From positions 576,001 through 640,000 of the forward strand of contig CAVPCR010000004.1 in assembly GCA_963702435.1 (NCBI GenBank): a DNA stretch of 64,000 bases, given 5' to 3'. Each line of letters opens with the position of its first letter. The stretch's first letter is position 1. Both the position numbers and the translations under genes were made by a program. The notes beneath the pieces are model-generated. The model did not search any database, was not told the DNA's origin, and was given only the letters and a program-made list of their open reading frames with translations. Positions 1-9,879 of this stretch are shown here, in pieces. The stretch comes from Candidatus Eiseniibacteriota bacterium (GTDB taxonomy: Bacteria; Eisenbacteria; RBG-16-71-46; CAVPCR01).

Positions 1-318
1 GGAGACGAAAACTCGCGAGTACTCCCCGAGCTTGTCGAAGACGAACACCACCAAGACCAGGCCGAGGGCGAGGAGCCCGGGCAGGAGGAGGCGAGACTCG
101 CGCGGCAACCGGGCCTCGATGCGGCGCCGGAATGGAAGCGCGGGGAGAAGAAGGGAGCCGAGGGCGACGCAGGAGGCGCTCGCGACGAGGAACGGGACAT
201 GCATCACCCGCGCCACGTTGAGACCCTGATCGGTCATCAGCTCCGCCCGGGAGAAGGCGCTGAAGAGCCGAGCGGCAAGGAAGAAGAGGATGCCGAGAAT
301 CCAGAGAACGATGCTCAT
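1..318 (-). CDS. Hypothetical membrane protein (runs off the left edge of the window)
   Basis: Manual translation from ATG at 318: MSIVLWILGILFFLAARLFSAFSRAELMTDQGLNVARVMHVPFLVASASCVALGSLLLP...; several hydrophobic segments; open to position 1. Confidence 0.6.
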   Translation of the reverse strand, partial: MSIVLWILGILFFLAARLFSAFSRAELMTDQGLNVARVMHVPFLVASASCVALGSLLLPALPFRRRIEARLPRESRLLLPGLLALGLVLVVFVFDKLGEYSRVFVS

Positions 319-549
319 AAGGCCTCACTGACCAGGCGTCGGCCGGGCGCGGGCAGCCGGCTGCGGGCAAGCCGCGACGGCGGCGGCGATCATGCGCCGT
401 CGGCGGGGCGTGCACAAGCCCCGCGCACTGCACCGGGTCCGTGGGAGGCCGTCCTCCCTGGACGCGCGATCCGAGTGGGGCGCCGGGAACAACCGGTGGG
501 TGATCTCCCGCTCGTCGGGTTCTGTCTAGGTGTATCAGGTGGCTCCGCC

Positions 550-757
550 GCCCCGGGCAGCCCTCGGCGGCAAACGCTGTCGGGTCATGTGGACTCTTCG
601 CCCCCGGGCAGCCCTCGGCGGCAAACGCTGTCGGGTCATGTGAACTCTCCGCCCCCGGGCAGCCCTCGGCGGCAAACGCTGTCGGGTCATGTGAACTCTC
701 CGCCCCGGGCAGCCCTCGGCGGCAAACGCTGTCGGGTCATGTGAACTCTCCCCGGGC
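550..757. repeat. Tandem repeat, 4 copies of a ~51-bp unit
   Basis: Unit CCCCCGGGCAGCCCTCGGCGGCAAACGCTGTCGGGTCATGTGAACTCTCCG is repeated head to tail near 551, 601, 652 and 703, with no spacers. Confidence 0.95.
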
Positions 758-844
758 ACGCCGTCCCCGGAGCGCGCACAAGCCCGCCACTTTCTGTCTA
801 TCCAATGAGTGTCTCCCGGCCACGCCGTGGCCCCCCTCGCACGT

Positions 845-860
845 TGCACGAACCGTGCCG
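845..860 (-). promoter_or_regulatory. Putative sigma54 (-24/-12) promoter
   Basis: Minus strand reads CGGCACGGTTCGTGCA (GG-N10-GC, close to TGGCACG-N4-TTGCW); intergenic. Confidence 0.4.
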
Positions 861-881
861 GTGCGTTTGGAGGAGACTCCC

Positions 882-1013
882 GTGCGTGAGCCTCCTGCAG
901 ACAGGCAGGAGACGTGCGACTGGGGGCCGCTCGAGAATGGGAGTGCACACGACGTTGTCACATTCGAACACCTCGATGCCAGCTCGTTGCCGGCTCAGGT
1001 GGCGCGGCATTGA
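882..1013 (+). CDS. Possible small protein (43 aa)
   Basis: GGAGGAG Shine-Dalgarno 6 nt before GTG; MREPPADRQETCDWGPLENGSAHDVVTFEHLDASSLPAQVARH; no recognisable motif. Confidence 0.3.
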   Translation: MREPPADRQETCDWGPLENGSAHDVVTFEHLDASSLPAQVARH

Positions 1014-1216
1014 TCGGTGGAGTTCATGCGCCGCGGCTCGCCGCCGTCGCCGGAGGAGAGTACGCCGCCGTTGAAGGACGGTACGTGCCGGGCGCCAGCG
1101 GGCGGCTTGCGGCAGCAGGCAGCTTGCGCCAGCCGGCGATCGCTCACTAAGATGCGCCGAGATGTGCCGGCTGCGCTGCGCCGCGGCGCCCGCCGTCGCC
1201 GGAGGCCCTTGCTCAG

Positions 1217-3136
1217 ATGAAAACAGCCGTCCTGCTCCTCGCCCTGGTCCTCGCCGCAGCCGTCCTGGCCCAGACCAGAGCGCCGCTCGATCCGCCCGCT
1301 GTCCCGGCCGCGCGCCTGGATCCCCTGGCCGGTCCGGCCGCCCCCGCCGGGGCGGCCGCCCCCGCCGGGCCGGGGGAGCTGATCGCCGCCGCCGATCTCA
1401 TGGCGCACGTCGAGACGCTGGCCTCCGACGCGATGGAAGGGCGCCGGACCGGGGAACCGGGCTCCGAGCGCGCGGCGACCTACATCGCAGCCGAGTTCCG
1501 CCGGCTCGGGCTCGTCCCCGGCGGCGATCAGGGCTCCTACTTCGCCCGCTTCAGCGCCCCGCTCGGGGCTCGCGCCGGGGTCGGGAACCGGCTCGCGCTC
1601 GCGACCGGCGGCGGCGCTGTCGAGCTCGTGCCCGACCGCGACTGGCGACCGCTCGCCTTTGCCGCGTCCACTCGCGGAATACTGCGTTCACCAGTGGTAT
1701 TCTGTGGATACGGCATCGCCGCGACCGACCTGCCTTACGACGACTTCGCCGGTGTGGATATGCGGGGCAAGGTGGCGCTCGTCTTCCGCCTGGAGCCCGG
1801 CGCCGGCGATTCGCTGAGCCCGTTCGACGGGACGCGCCTCACCGTGCACGCCGATCTCCGCAACAAGGCGAAGAACGCCTTCGACCGCGGCGCGGTCGGC
1901 CTCCTCGTCGTCACGGGCCCGGCCGCGGCCGATTCGCTCCTGGCCTTCGACGCTCAGGCCGCCGCGGGCAGCGGCCACCTCCCGGCGGCGCAGGTCGGCC
2001 GCGAGGCGCTTGCTCGCGCGCTCGCGGTCGAGGGCTTCGACCTGGCGCAGGCGCAGGCGGCGATCGACGGTTCGTATCGCCCGCACCCGGCGCCGCTCGC
2101 GCTCACCGTCGAGATGGTCGTGGACGTCGAGGCGGTGACGGCGCCGGCGTTCAACGTGATCGGCATCCTCCCCGGCAGCGATCCCGACAGCCAGCGGACA
2201 GCTATCGTGATCGGCGCCCACTATGACCACCTGGGATGGGGCGGGCGCGGCTCGTTCACCCCGGACCGGCGCGAGATCCACAACGGCGCCGACGACAACG
2301 CCTCGGGAGTCGCCGCGCTCCTCGAGGTTGCGGCCGCGGTCGCCGTGGCGCCGCCCGCGCGCACGCTCGTCTTCGCGGCCTTCACCGGCGAGGAAGTGGG
2401 GCTCCTCGGCTCGACGCGCTACGTGGAGCATCCCGCCTGGCCGCTGGCGGCGACGCGGGCGATGGTGAACATCGACATGATCGGGCGCGGTCCGAACCGG
2501 GAGATCCAGGTGGCCGGGCTCGGGACCTCGCCGCGTTTCCCCGCGCTCATCGAGGCGGGGGCGCGGGCCGTCGAGCTCCGGCCTGTGGTCAACGAGGGCG
2601 GCTACGGCCCGAGCGACCAGACCCCATTCTACGCGCGGAGCATCCCCGTGCTCTTCTTCTTCACCGCGCCGCATGCGGACTATCACCGGCCCACCGACGA
2701 CTGGCAGAAGATCGACGCCGCGTATCTCGAGGCGACGACGCGGCTCATCGCGCGAACGGTCGCCGACCTCGCCGGTGCCGCGGCCCCGCTCGAGTTCGTA
2801 CGCGCGGACGGCGGGTTGCCGCGCGGCGGGCCGAGCGCGGGCGGCGAGGGCTACGGCGGGCGCGGCTACGGACCCTACCTCGGCACCGTCCCCGACTTCA
2901 GCCCGGTCGACCGCGGGATCAAGCTCTCTGGCGTCAAGGAGGGCTCGCCCGCCGAGGCTGCCGGGATCCGGGGGGGCGACGTGATCGTCGGCTGGAACGG
3001 GCGCCCCGTCCTCAACATGCAGGACTACGCGCAGGCCCTGAAGAGCCAGCGCCCCGGGGATCGGGTCGAGCTCGCCATCCTCCGCGACGGGAAGACGATC
3101 GCGGTCGTCGCCACGCTCAGCGAGCGCCCGCGCTAG
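1217..3136 (+). CDS. Secreted M28-family aminopeptidase with PA and C-terminal PDZ domains
   Basis: Signal peptide; motifs GAHYDHLG, NGADDNASG, GEEVGLLGS, NIDMIGR, SDQ and YHRPTDD; C-terminal YLGTVPD...GSPAEAAGIRGGDVI PDZ segment. Confidence 0.92.
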   Translation: MKTAVLLLALVLAAAVLAQTRAPLDPPAVPAARLDPLAGPAAPAGAAAPAGPGELIAAADLMAHVETLASDAMEGRRTGEPGSERAATYIAAEFRRLGLVPGGDQGSYFARFSAPLGARAGVGNRLALATGGGAVELVPDRDWRPLAFAASTRGILRSPVVFCGYGIAATDLPYDDFAGVDMRGKVALVFRLEPGAGDSLSPFDGTRLTVHADLRNKAKNAFDRGAVGLLVVTGPAAADSLLAFDAQAAAGSGHLPAAQVGREALARALAVEGFDLAQAQAAIDGSYRPHPAPLALTVEMVVDVEAVTAPAFNVIGILPGSDPDSQRTAIVIGAHYDHLGWGGRGSFTPDRREIHNGADDNASGVAALLEVAAAVAVAPPARTLVFAAFTGEEVGLLGSTRYVEHPAWPLAATRAMVNIDMIGRGPNREIQVAGLGTSPRFPALIEAGARAVELRPVVNEGGYGPSDQTPFYARSIPVLFFFTAPHADYHRPTDDWQKIDAAYLEATTRLIARTVADLAGAAAPLEFVRADGGLPRGGPSAGGEGYGGRGYGPYLGTVPDFSPVDRGIKLSGVKEGSPAEAAGIRGGDVIVGWNGRPVLNMQDYAQALKSQRPGDRVELAILRDGKTIAVVATLSERPR

Positions 3137-3330
3137 GCCTTGCTCGGCGAGCGCCGTTGCTCGACTAGCGCCCTTGCTCGGTGAGCACCCGCGTTCGAGC
3201 GCCCGCGCTCGGTGAGCACCCGCGCTAGGCCTTGCTCGGCGAGCGCCCCTGCTCGGCGAGCGCCGTTGCTCGACGAGCGCCGTTGCTCGACGAGCGCCCT
3301 TGCTCGGCGAGCACCCGCGTTCGAGCGCCC
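3115..3330. repeat. Degenerate ~17-bp minisatellite of GCTC-NNN-GAGC mini-palindromes
   Basis: About 10 units such as GCTCGGCGAGCGCCGTT and GCTCGACGAGCGCCCTT, beginning within the last codons of the M28 gene. Confidence 0.85.
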
Positions 3331-3445
3331 GTGCCGGCCTGACCGCATCGGCGCCGGGCAACGCCAGGCGCCCCGCGGTGCCGGGGGCTGAAGAGGGGGA
3401 GTCGGACCGCAGGTCCGGCCGGGATCGCCAGGACCAGCCCGGCGG

Positions 3446-3474
3446 TTGACCGGTCGCCGGGAAGCCGTCATACT
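3446..3474 (+). promoter_or_regulatory. Putative sigma70 promoter of the resB-ccsA-nuo operon
   Basis: TTGACC-N17-CATACT. Confidence 0.5.
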
Positions 3475-3739
3475 GGTCGGCTTCGTCCACCTGCCCCTTG
3501 GCGATCATGGCGGCCAAGACCTGATTCGGCAATCACTTGGAGTGATGAATCGGGTTCGGCTCGCGGGCGGGGGAAGCCGTCCTGGCCGCGCGACCGTCCG
3601 GATTGCCGGAACCCTGAGGGGCGGTGGCGGGGTCCTAACCTGATCCGCGCGGCGCCGGTCCGATCCACGGCGGCGACGGGACGCCCCCGCTCCCCCGTCG
3701 GCGTTCCGGCGATCAGCCCACCACGAGCGAAACCTGAAC

Positions 3740-5593
3740 ATGGCGCGTTTTCGCGACACAGCTCTCTACCAGGTCTACTGGTGGCTCACCTCGATCAAGC
3801 TGACCGTGGTGCTCCTCTCGATCATCCTCATCATCCTGATCGTGGGGACCATCTTCGAGGCCAACAAGGGCACCAAGGCGGCGCAGTTCCTCTTCTACAA
3901 CTCGCGGTGGTTCGACGCCCTCCTCATCTTCTTCGCGCTCAACCTAACCTGCTGCACCATCCGGCGCTTCAAGCGGAAGCTGTCGCAGATCGGGTTCCTG
4001 ACGACCCACATCGGCGTGATGACGATCCTCATCGGCGGCCTGATGAGCCGCAATTTCAAGATCGAAGGCCATCTCATCGTGCCGGAGGGGGAGAAGCGGA
4101 GCTACATCCTGCTCGATTCGAACGTGCTCACGGTCAGCGCGACGCAACAGGGCGGCGAACGGGTCGCGCGCGAGTACGACACCCACTACGACAAGCTCGG
4201 CGGCCGCACCGAGGTGAACGATGTCTTCCACGTCCCGGAGGCCGGCGTGGACGTGGTCGTCGATCGCTTCTATCCCGACTTCAGGCGAGCCGAGGTGCTA
4301 GCCGATTCGAGCATCGAGCGGAATCCCGCCGTCGAGCTCCTGGTGCGCGGCTTCGGCGGCGAGCAGACGATCGCCATCTTCGCCGCCGACGATCTGAGCC
4401 GACAGCCCGGCGTGGCGCCGGTCACCTTTGGCCTGGTCGAGGCCCCTGATCAGGCGGCGGTCGAGCGGGAGCTCGGAGCGCCGGGTCCGGCGACGAGCCG
4501 TCGGCTCGGGGTCGTCGAGATCGAGCTCGTCTCGGGCGCGAAGACCGAGATCCCGGTGGACGGCGGCCTCGGCCGGCCGCACCCCGTTCCCGGCACGCCG
4601 GTCGAGGTGACGCTGCGCGGCTTCTACCCGCACTTCATGATCAGCGGTCAGGATTACACGAGCCGGTCCCCGACCATGGCCAATCCCGCGGTGGTGGCCG
4701 AGATCAACGGTCCGAACAACGCGCACGAGCAGCATCTGATCTTCAGCGATCATCCCGAGACGAGCGTTGCGCATCGCGAGGGCGGCGACCTGTCGCGGAG
4801 CGCGCGTTACCGGCGCGAGCCGACGGTCCCGGTCATCGCCGGGCAGGTCAAGCTGGTCAAGGGGCCGGACGGCACGATCCACTACGTGGCGCACGGTGCC
4901 GGCGGTCCAGGCAGCGCCGAGCGGCGGGGAACGCTCGCCGTGGGCGGTGAGGCGCAGTACCCGGAGGCCGGGATCCAGTTCACGCTCCAGCGCGCGCTCG
5001 AGCGAGCGCAGTACGTGGAGCGGATCTGGAACGGCGGGGATGAGTCGGTCAATCCGGCGTTGCATGTCGTGGTGAGCGCCGGCGATGAACAGAGCGGGCA
5101 GTGGGTCACCACCGGCATGCCGCATCGGCTGACGGTCGGCGGGCGCGAGGTGGTGATCGACTACGGCTCGCGACAGCACGATCTCGGGTTCAGCGTCGAG
5201 CTGGAGGACTTCCGCGAGATCACCTATCCGGGCATCTCGATGGCACAGTCGTTCGAATCGGACGTCGTCGTCACCGCGCCGGACAAGCAGTTCTCGCGCA
5301 AGATCTCGATGAACCACCCGCTCAAGTTCCGGGGGTTCAAGTTGTTCCAGTCGAGCTTCCAGCGCGGCGAGCGCGAGACCTCGATCTTCTCGGTGGCTCG
5401 TGATCCCGGTGTGCCCGTCGTGTATACTGGCAGCCTGATTCTTGTCGTGGGGCTCATCCTGATCTTCTTTGTCAAGCCCTACTTGATTCGCTCGGGAGGA
5501 CAGCGACGCGGCACGATGCCTGCGGGCGGTGCGGGTGTGGCGGACGAGGCGTCGCTCGGCACGGTTGCCGGCCCGGGTCTTGGAGGTAGTTAG
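3740..5593 (+). CDS. resB: Cytochrome c biogenesis protein, ResB/Ccs1 family
   Basis: N-terminal TM helices with conserved His (THIG), large periplasmic domain, C-terminal ISMNHPLKFRGFKLFQSS...DPGVPVVYTG TM; directly upstream of ccsA. Confidence 0.85.
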   Translation: MARFRDTALYQVYWWLTSIKLTVVLLSIILIILIVGTIFEANKGTKAAQFLFYNSRWFDALLIFFALNLTCCTIRRFKRKLSQIGFLTTHIGVMTILIGGLMSRNFKIEGHLIVPEGEKRSYILLDSNVLTVSATQQGGERVAREYDTHYDKLGGRTEVNDVFHVPEAGVDVVVDRFYPDFRRAEVLADSSIERNPAVELLVRGFGGEQTIAIFAADDLSRQPGVAPVTFGLVEAPDQAAVERELGAPGPATSRRLGVVEIELVSGAKTEIPVDGGLGRPHPVPGTPVEVTLRGFYPHFMISGQDYTSRSPTMANPAVVAEINGPNNAHEQHLIFSDHPETSVAHREGGDLSRSARYRREPTVPVIAGQVKLVKGPDGTIHYVAHGAGGPGSAERRGTLAVGGEAQYPEAGIQFTLQRALERAQYVERIWNGGDESVNPALHVVVSAGDEQSGQWVTTGMPHRLTVGGREVVIDYGSRQHDLGFSVELEDFREITYPGISMAQSFESDVVVTAPDKQFSRKISMNHPLKFRGFKLFQSSFQRGERETSIFSVARDPGVPVVYTGSLILVVGLILIFFVKPYLIRSGGQRRGTMPAGGAGVADEASLGTVAGPGLGGS

Positions 5594-5596
5594 TTC

Positions 5597-7318
5597 ATGC
5601 CGACGACTCGTTGCCACATCATGCCGCCATCTTCCCGTGAAGCCGCCCGCGGCACGCGCGCGGCGGCCGCCCTCCTCGTCTGCGCGCTCGTCGCCGGCAT
5701 CGCCGGCGCGGCCGGCCCCGCCCGCGCCGCGACCATGGACTATTCGGAGGCGAAGCAGATCGCGGTGCAAAGCGGCGGACGCGTGAAGCCGCTCGATACC
5801 TATGCCCGGGAGACCGCCCGCGAGATCACCGGCCGCGAGAAGTTCGCGGGCATGAGCTCGCTCGATCTTCTCTTCACTCTCTTGTTCAAGGGCGAGTCGC
5901 TCCTCGACACCCAGATGTTCAAGATCGGCTTCAGGCCGTTCAAGGAGCGCGCGGGCCTGGACCTGAACCGCCAGCGCTTCTCGTACAACGAGCTGGTGCA
6001 GAACCAGGGATTGATGAACCTGGTCGACCAGGTGCGCGCGAAGCAGCGCGACGGCGGCGATCTCGATCGCCTCGAGCGCGAGGTGTCGGCGGTCTACGGC
6101 CGGCTGGTCGAGATGAGCATGATCATGAACGGAGAGGAGCCGCGTCTGGTGCCGACCCCCGGCGGGCGCGCCGAGTGGCTGTCGGTCGCGCAGGTGGCGT
6201 CGGCCCCGGCGATCGGCGGGAAGATCGCCGGCCCCTGGGAGGCGATGCGGAGCGCATTCGTCGCCGGCGACGGCGCCGCGTTCAAGCAGGCGAGCGCCGA
6301 GCTCCGGACCGGCCTGCGCGAGACCGGCGGCGCCGACTATCCGGCAGAGAAGCGCGTGAACCTCGAGCTCACCTACAACCGCACCAAGCCGCATCTCGTC
6401 GCGCAGTTCCCGTATCTGCTCGCAGCGCTCGGGTTCTTCCTCGGCTTCGCGATCAAGAAGCGCTGGCTCTACCTGCTCTCCTTCGTCCTCCTCCTCGCCG
6501 GGTTCGCGATCCAGACCTACGGCCTCGGCCTCCGCACCATCCTCACCGGCCGGGCGCCGGTCGGAAACATGTACGAGGCGCTCATCTTCATCGGCTGGGG
6601 GGTGGTCGGGCTCGCCATGTTCCTCGAGCTCATGACCCGCTCGCGCATCAACGGCGCGATGGCCGGGATCGCCGGCTTCGTGGTCCTCGTGCTCGCCTAC
6701 TACCTGCCGCTCGATTCGGCGATCAGTCCGCTCGTCGCCGTGCTCAATGCGACCTGGCTCCAGTATCACGTGACCACGATCCTGTTCGGCGATTCGGCGC
6801 TCACCCTTGCCGCGGCGCTGGCCCACTTCGTCATGTTCGCGCAGATTTTCGCGCCGCAGCGGGCCGAGATCCGGCGCAGCGCGATCAACATCATGTATCG
6901 CGCCATCCAGGTCGGCGTGCTCTGCCTTGCCGCGGGCATCATCTTCGGCGCGATCTGGGCCAACGCCTCCTGGGGCCGCTACTGGGGCTGGGACCCGAAG
7001 GAGACCTGGGCGCTCATCACGCTCATCGGCTTCCTGGTGGCCCTGCACGGCAAGCAGGTCGGCTGGCTGCGCGAGCGCGGCATGGTGCTCGTCACGGTCG
7101 TCGGCCTCCAGCTCCTCATCTTCACCGTCTACGGCGTGAACTACTTCCTGGTGGGCCTGCACAGCTATGCGGGCGGTGATACCAGCGTGCAGCTTCCCGC
7201 GCTCCTCATCGGGTACCTGATCATCGAAGGGATCATCGTGACGGCCTACCTCCTGGCCTGCCGGAAGGCCACGGGGGCGGCGCCCGCGGCGCCGGCGGTG
7301 ACCGCAGGCCAGGCCTAG
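5597..7318 (+). CDS. ccsA: Cytochrome c biogenesis protein CcsA (system II heme synthetase)
   Basis: WWD motif [18 protein letters not shown]; His ligands WLQYHV and [15 protein letters not shown]-terminal domain. Confidence 0.93.
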   Translation: MPTTRCHIMPPSSREAARGTRAAAALLVCALVAGIAGAAGPARAATMDYSEAKQIAVQSGGRVKPLDTYARETAREITGREKFAGMSSLDLLFTLLFKGESLLDTQMFKIGFRPFKERAGLDLNRQRFSYNELVQNQGLMNLVDQVRAKQRDGGDLDRLEREVSAVYGRLVEMSMIMNGEEPRLVPTPGGRAEWLSVAQVASAPAIGGKIAGPWEAMRSAFVAGDGAAFKQASAELRTGLRETGGADYPAEKRVNLELTYNRTKPHLVAQFPYLLAALGFFLGFAIKKRWLYLLSFVLLLAGFAIQTYGLGLRTILTGRAPVGNMYEALIFIGWGVVGLAMFLELMTRSRINGAMAGIAGFVVLVLAYYLPLDSAISPLVAVLNATWLQYHVTTILFGDSALTLAAALAHFVMFAQIFAPQRAEIRRSAINIMYRAIQVGVLCLAAGIIFGAIWANASWGRYWGWDPKETWALITLIGFLVALHGKQVGWLRERGMVLVTVVGLQLLIFTVYGVNYFLVGLHSYAGGDTSVQLPALLIGYLIIEGIIVTAYLLACRKATGAAPAAPAVTAGQA

Positions 7319-7355
7319 CGGCAGCGGTGCCCCGGGCGAAAGGAGTCTCAAGGAC

Positions 7356-7949
7356 ATGGCGGGAGCAACGGGCGGCAACCAGGCGGCCATCCCGATCGCC
7401 ACGTACGGGAGTCCGGCGCCGGGCCGGGCGAGTGTTCCCGGCGGCGGCATGCCGATGCAGTGGCTGACCACGCGCGTCGACGACTTCGTCAACTGGGCGC
7501 GCGGGAACTCGATCTGGCCGATGACCTACGGCACCGCGTGCTGCGGCATCGAGGTCATGTCGGTTCTCTCCTCGCACTACGATCTCGCCCGTTTCGGATT
7601 CGAGGTCGTGCGCTTCTCGCCGCGGCAGGCCGATCTCCTGATCGTGGCCGGGACCGTCGTCGACAAGCTGGCGCCGGTCATGAAGACCGTGTACCAGCAG
7701 ATGCCGGATCCGAAGTGGGTGATCGCGATGGGCGCCTGCGCCAGCTCAGGCGGCTTCTATCGCGCCTATCACGTGGTGCAGGGGATCGACGAGGTGATCC
7801 CGGTGGATGTCTACGTCCCGGGCTGCCCGCCGACGCCGGAGGGGCTCATCTACGGCATTCTCGAGCTCAAGAAGAAGATCGAGCGCGGCGAGACGCGGCC
7901 GCAGATCGCGGCCCGCGAGCGCGCAGCCCAGGCCGAGCGGCAAGGCTAG
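7356..7949 (+). CDS. nuoB: NADH-quinone oxidoreductase subunit B
   Basis: [29 protein letters not shown] motifs. Confidence 0.96.
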   Translation: MAGATGGNQAAIPIATYGSPAPGRASVPGGGMPMQWLTTRVDDFVNWARGNSIWPMTYGTACCGIEVMSVLSSHYDLARFGFEVVRFSPRQADLLIVAGTVVDKLAPVMKTVYQQMPDPKWVIAMGACASSGGFYRAYHVVQGIDEVIPVDVYVPGCPPTPEGLIYGILELKKKIERGETRPQIAARERAAQAERQG

Positions 7950-7997
7950 GCGCGGGGATCGCGCGCCGGCAGTCAGGCGGCACGCGGCCAGGAGGGC

Positions 7998-8546
7998 GTG
8001 AGGGTGAGCGAGACGATGGATCAGGCAGGCGCCGGTCCGACCGAGCGTCTGCTCAGGGCAGAGCTCGGCGATCGCGTGCTCGCCGTGAGCGAGAGCCATG
8101 GGGATCTCGCCGTCGAGATCCGGCCGGAGGCGCTCCTCGCCGCGGCCCGGCTCCTCAAGGAGCATCCGGAGCTCGACTACAGCTACCTGATGGACATCGC
8201 GGCCGTCGACCACCTGGGCCGGGAGCCGCGCTTCGCGGTGATCTACAACTTCTACTCGCTCCGCCACAGGCACCGCGTGCGGGTCAGCGTCCGCGTCCCC
8301 GAGGACGCGCCGGTCCTCGATTCGCTCTACTCGCTGTGGCCCGCCGCGGACTGGTTCGAACGCGAGGCGTGGGATCTCATGGGGGTCCGGTTCCGCGGGC
8401 ATCCGCGGCTCGTGCGGATCCTTACCCACCCCGAGTTCGTCGGCCACGCGCTGCGCAAGGACTACCATTCGGCCGAGCGCCACCGGCTGTCGCGTACGTA
8501 CGACCTGTTCCTCGAGGAGAAGGCGGGGGCGCCGCCCGCCGAGTAG
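7998..8546 (+). CDS. nuoC: NADH-quinone oxidoreductase subunit C
   Basis: WFEREAWDLMGVRFRGHPRLVRIL...GHALRKDY motif. Confidence 0.94.
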   Translation: MRVSETMDQAGAGPTERLLRAELGDRVLAVSESHGDLAVEIRPEALLAAARLLKEHPELDYSYLMDIAAVDHLGREPRFAVIYNFYSLRHRHRVRVSVRVPEDAPVLDSLYSLWPAADWFEREAWDLMGVRFRGHPRLVRILTHPEFVGHALRKDYHSAERHRLSRTYDLFLEEKAGAPPAE

Positions 8547-8629
8547 CCGCCGGTCACGGCGGGTCCGGGACCGGCCTTGGAAGGATGCGGCCCGCGCCCG
8601 GCGCGGCGCCGATGGAGCGTAAGCGAGCC

Positions 8630-9835
8630 ATGACGATCACCACCGCGACTGCGACGCCGGCGGCCACTCCCGAGCGGATGGTCGTGAACATCGGGCCGCA
8701 GCACCCGGCGACCCACGGCACGTTCCGCATCGAGTGCGTGCTCGATGGCGAGCGCATCATCGAGTCGCGCACCGAGATCGGCTACCTGCACCGCTGCTTC
8801 GAGAAGATGTCGGAGACGCACGACTACTGGGGCGTCATCCCGTACACCGACCGGCTCAACTACTGCTCGCCGATGATCAACGGGGTCGGCTACGCGATGG
8901 CCGTCGAGAAGCTCCTCGGCGTCACCATCCCCAAGCGGGCCCAGTACATCCGGGTCATCCTGAGCGAGCTCTCGCGGATCATGGATCACATGGTCTGCGT
9001 CGGCACGAGCCTGGTCGATCTCGGCGCCATCACCAACTTCTGGTACTCCTTCCGTGCGCGCGAGGTGATCTACGACCTGCTCGAGGCGTGCTGCGGCTCG
9101 CGCCTCACCGTGAGCTACGTGCGGATCGGCGGGCTCGCCGCCGACCTGCCTCCGGGCTGGGTCGAGCACTGCCGCAAGCTCATCCGGAAGGACATCCCGC
9201 AGGCGATCAGAGAGCTGGACAAGCTGAATCTGAAGAACCCCATCTTCCGGCTGCGCGGGCAGGGTGTCGGCGTCATGCCGCGCGAGCGGGCGATCGCCTG
9301 GGGCTGGACCGGGCCGTGCGCCCGCGCTTCGGGCGTCGATTACGATGTGCGCCGCGACATCCCCTACTACGACTACGACAAGTTCGACTGGATCGTACCG
9401 GTCGAGCAAGGCGGCGATGTCTTCTCCCGGTACCAGGTGCGCATGGAGGAGATGCGGCAGAGCCTCCGCATCATCGAGCAGTACCTCGATCATCTGCCCG
9501 GCGGTCCGGTGATCGTGGACGACCGGCAGATCGCGCTTCCGCCCAAGAACGAGGTCTACACCAACATCGAAGCGCTGATGGCGCACTTCAAGCTCATCAT
9601 GCACGGGATCCTGCCGCCCGCGGGCGAGGTGTACTCGTGCGTCGAGGGCGGGAACGGCGAGCTCGGCTTCACGATCGTGTCCGACGGCACGCGGAAGCCC
9701 TACCGCGTCAAGGTGCGGCCGCCGTGCTTTGCCATCTTCCAGGCCTTCGACGAGATGCTGCGCGGGATCGTGATCGCCGACGTGGTGGCCATCCTCGGCA
9801 GCCTGAACATCATCGCCGGCGAGCTGGACCGGTAG
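8630..9835 (+). CDS. nuoD: NADH-quinone oxidoreductase subunit D
   Basis: NIGPQHPATHG, IGYLHRCFEK, YTDRLNY, C-terminal GELDR; start placed at ATG 8630 within the long ORF 7460..9835. Confidence 0.95.
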   Translation: MTITTATATPAATPERMVVNIGPQHPATHGTFRIECVLDGERIIESRTEIGYLHRCFEKMSETHDYWGVIPYTDRLNYCSPMINGVGYAMAVEKLLGVTIPKRAQYIRVILSELSRIMDHMVCVGTSLVDLGAITNFWYSFRAREVIYDLLEACCGSRLTVSYVRIGGLAADLPPGWVEHCRKLIRKDIPQAIRELDKLNLKNPIFRLRGQGVGVMPRERAIAWGWTGPCARASGVDYDVRRDIPYYDYDKFDWIVPVEQGGDVFSRYQVRMEEMRQSLRIIEQYLDHLPGGPVIVDDRQIALPPKNEVYTNIEALMAHFKLIMHGILPPAGEVYSCVEGGNGELGFTIVSDGTRKPYRVKVRPPCFAIFQAFDEMLRGIVIADVVAILGSLNIIAGELDR

Positions 9836-9879
9836 CGGGTCGGGACGGGGCAATCGCGGGTCGGTAGCGGAGGAGGACG

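Noticed and set aside
550..757. CRISPR array
   Set aside because: The units are contiguous with no unique spacers, and there are no cas genes in the window.
3115..3330. CRISPR array or coding repeat
   Set aside because: Degenerate 17-bp period (not a multiple of 3) with no spacers.
8547..8629. Frameshifted nuoCD fusion
   Set aside because: nuoC has a clean stop and nuoD has its own plausible start; separate genes are common.
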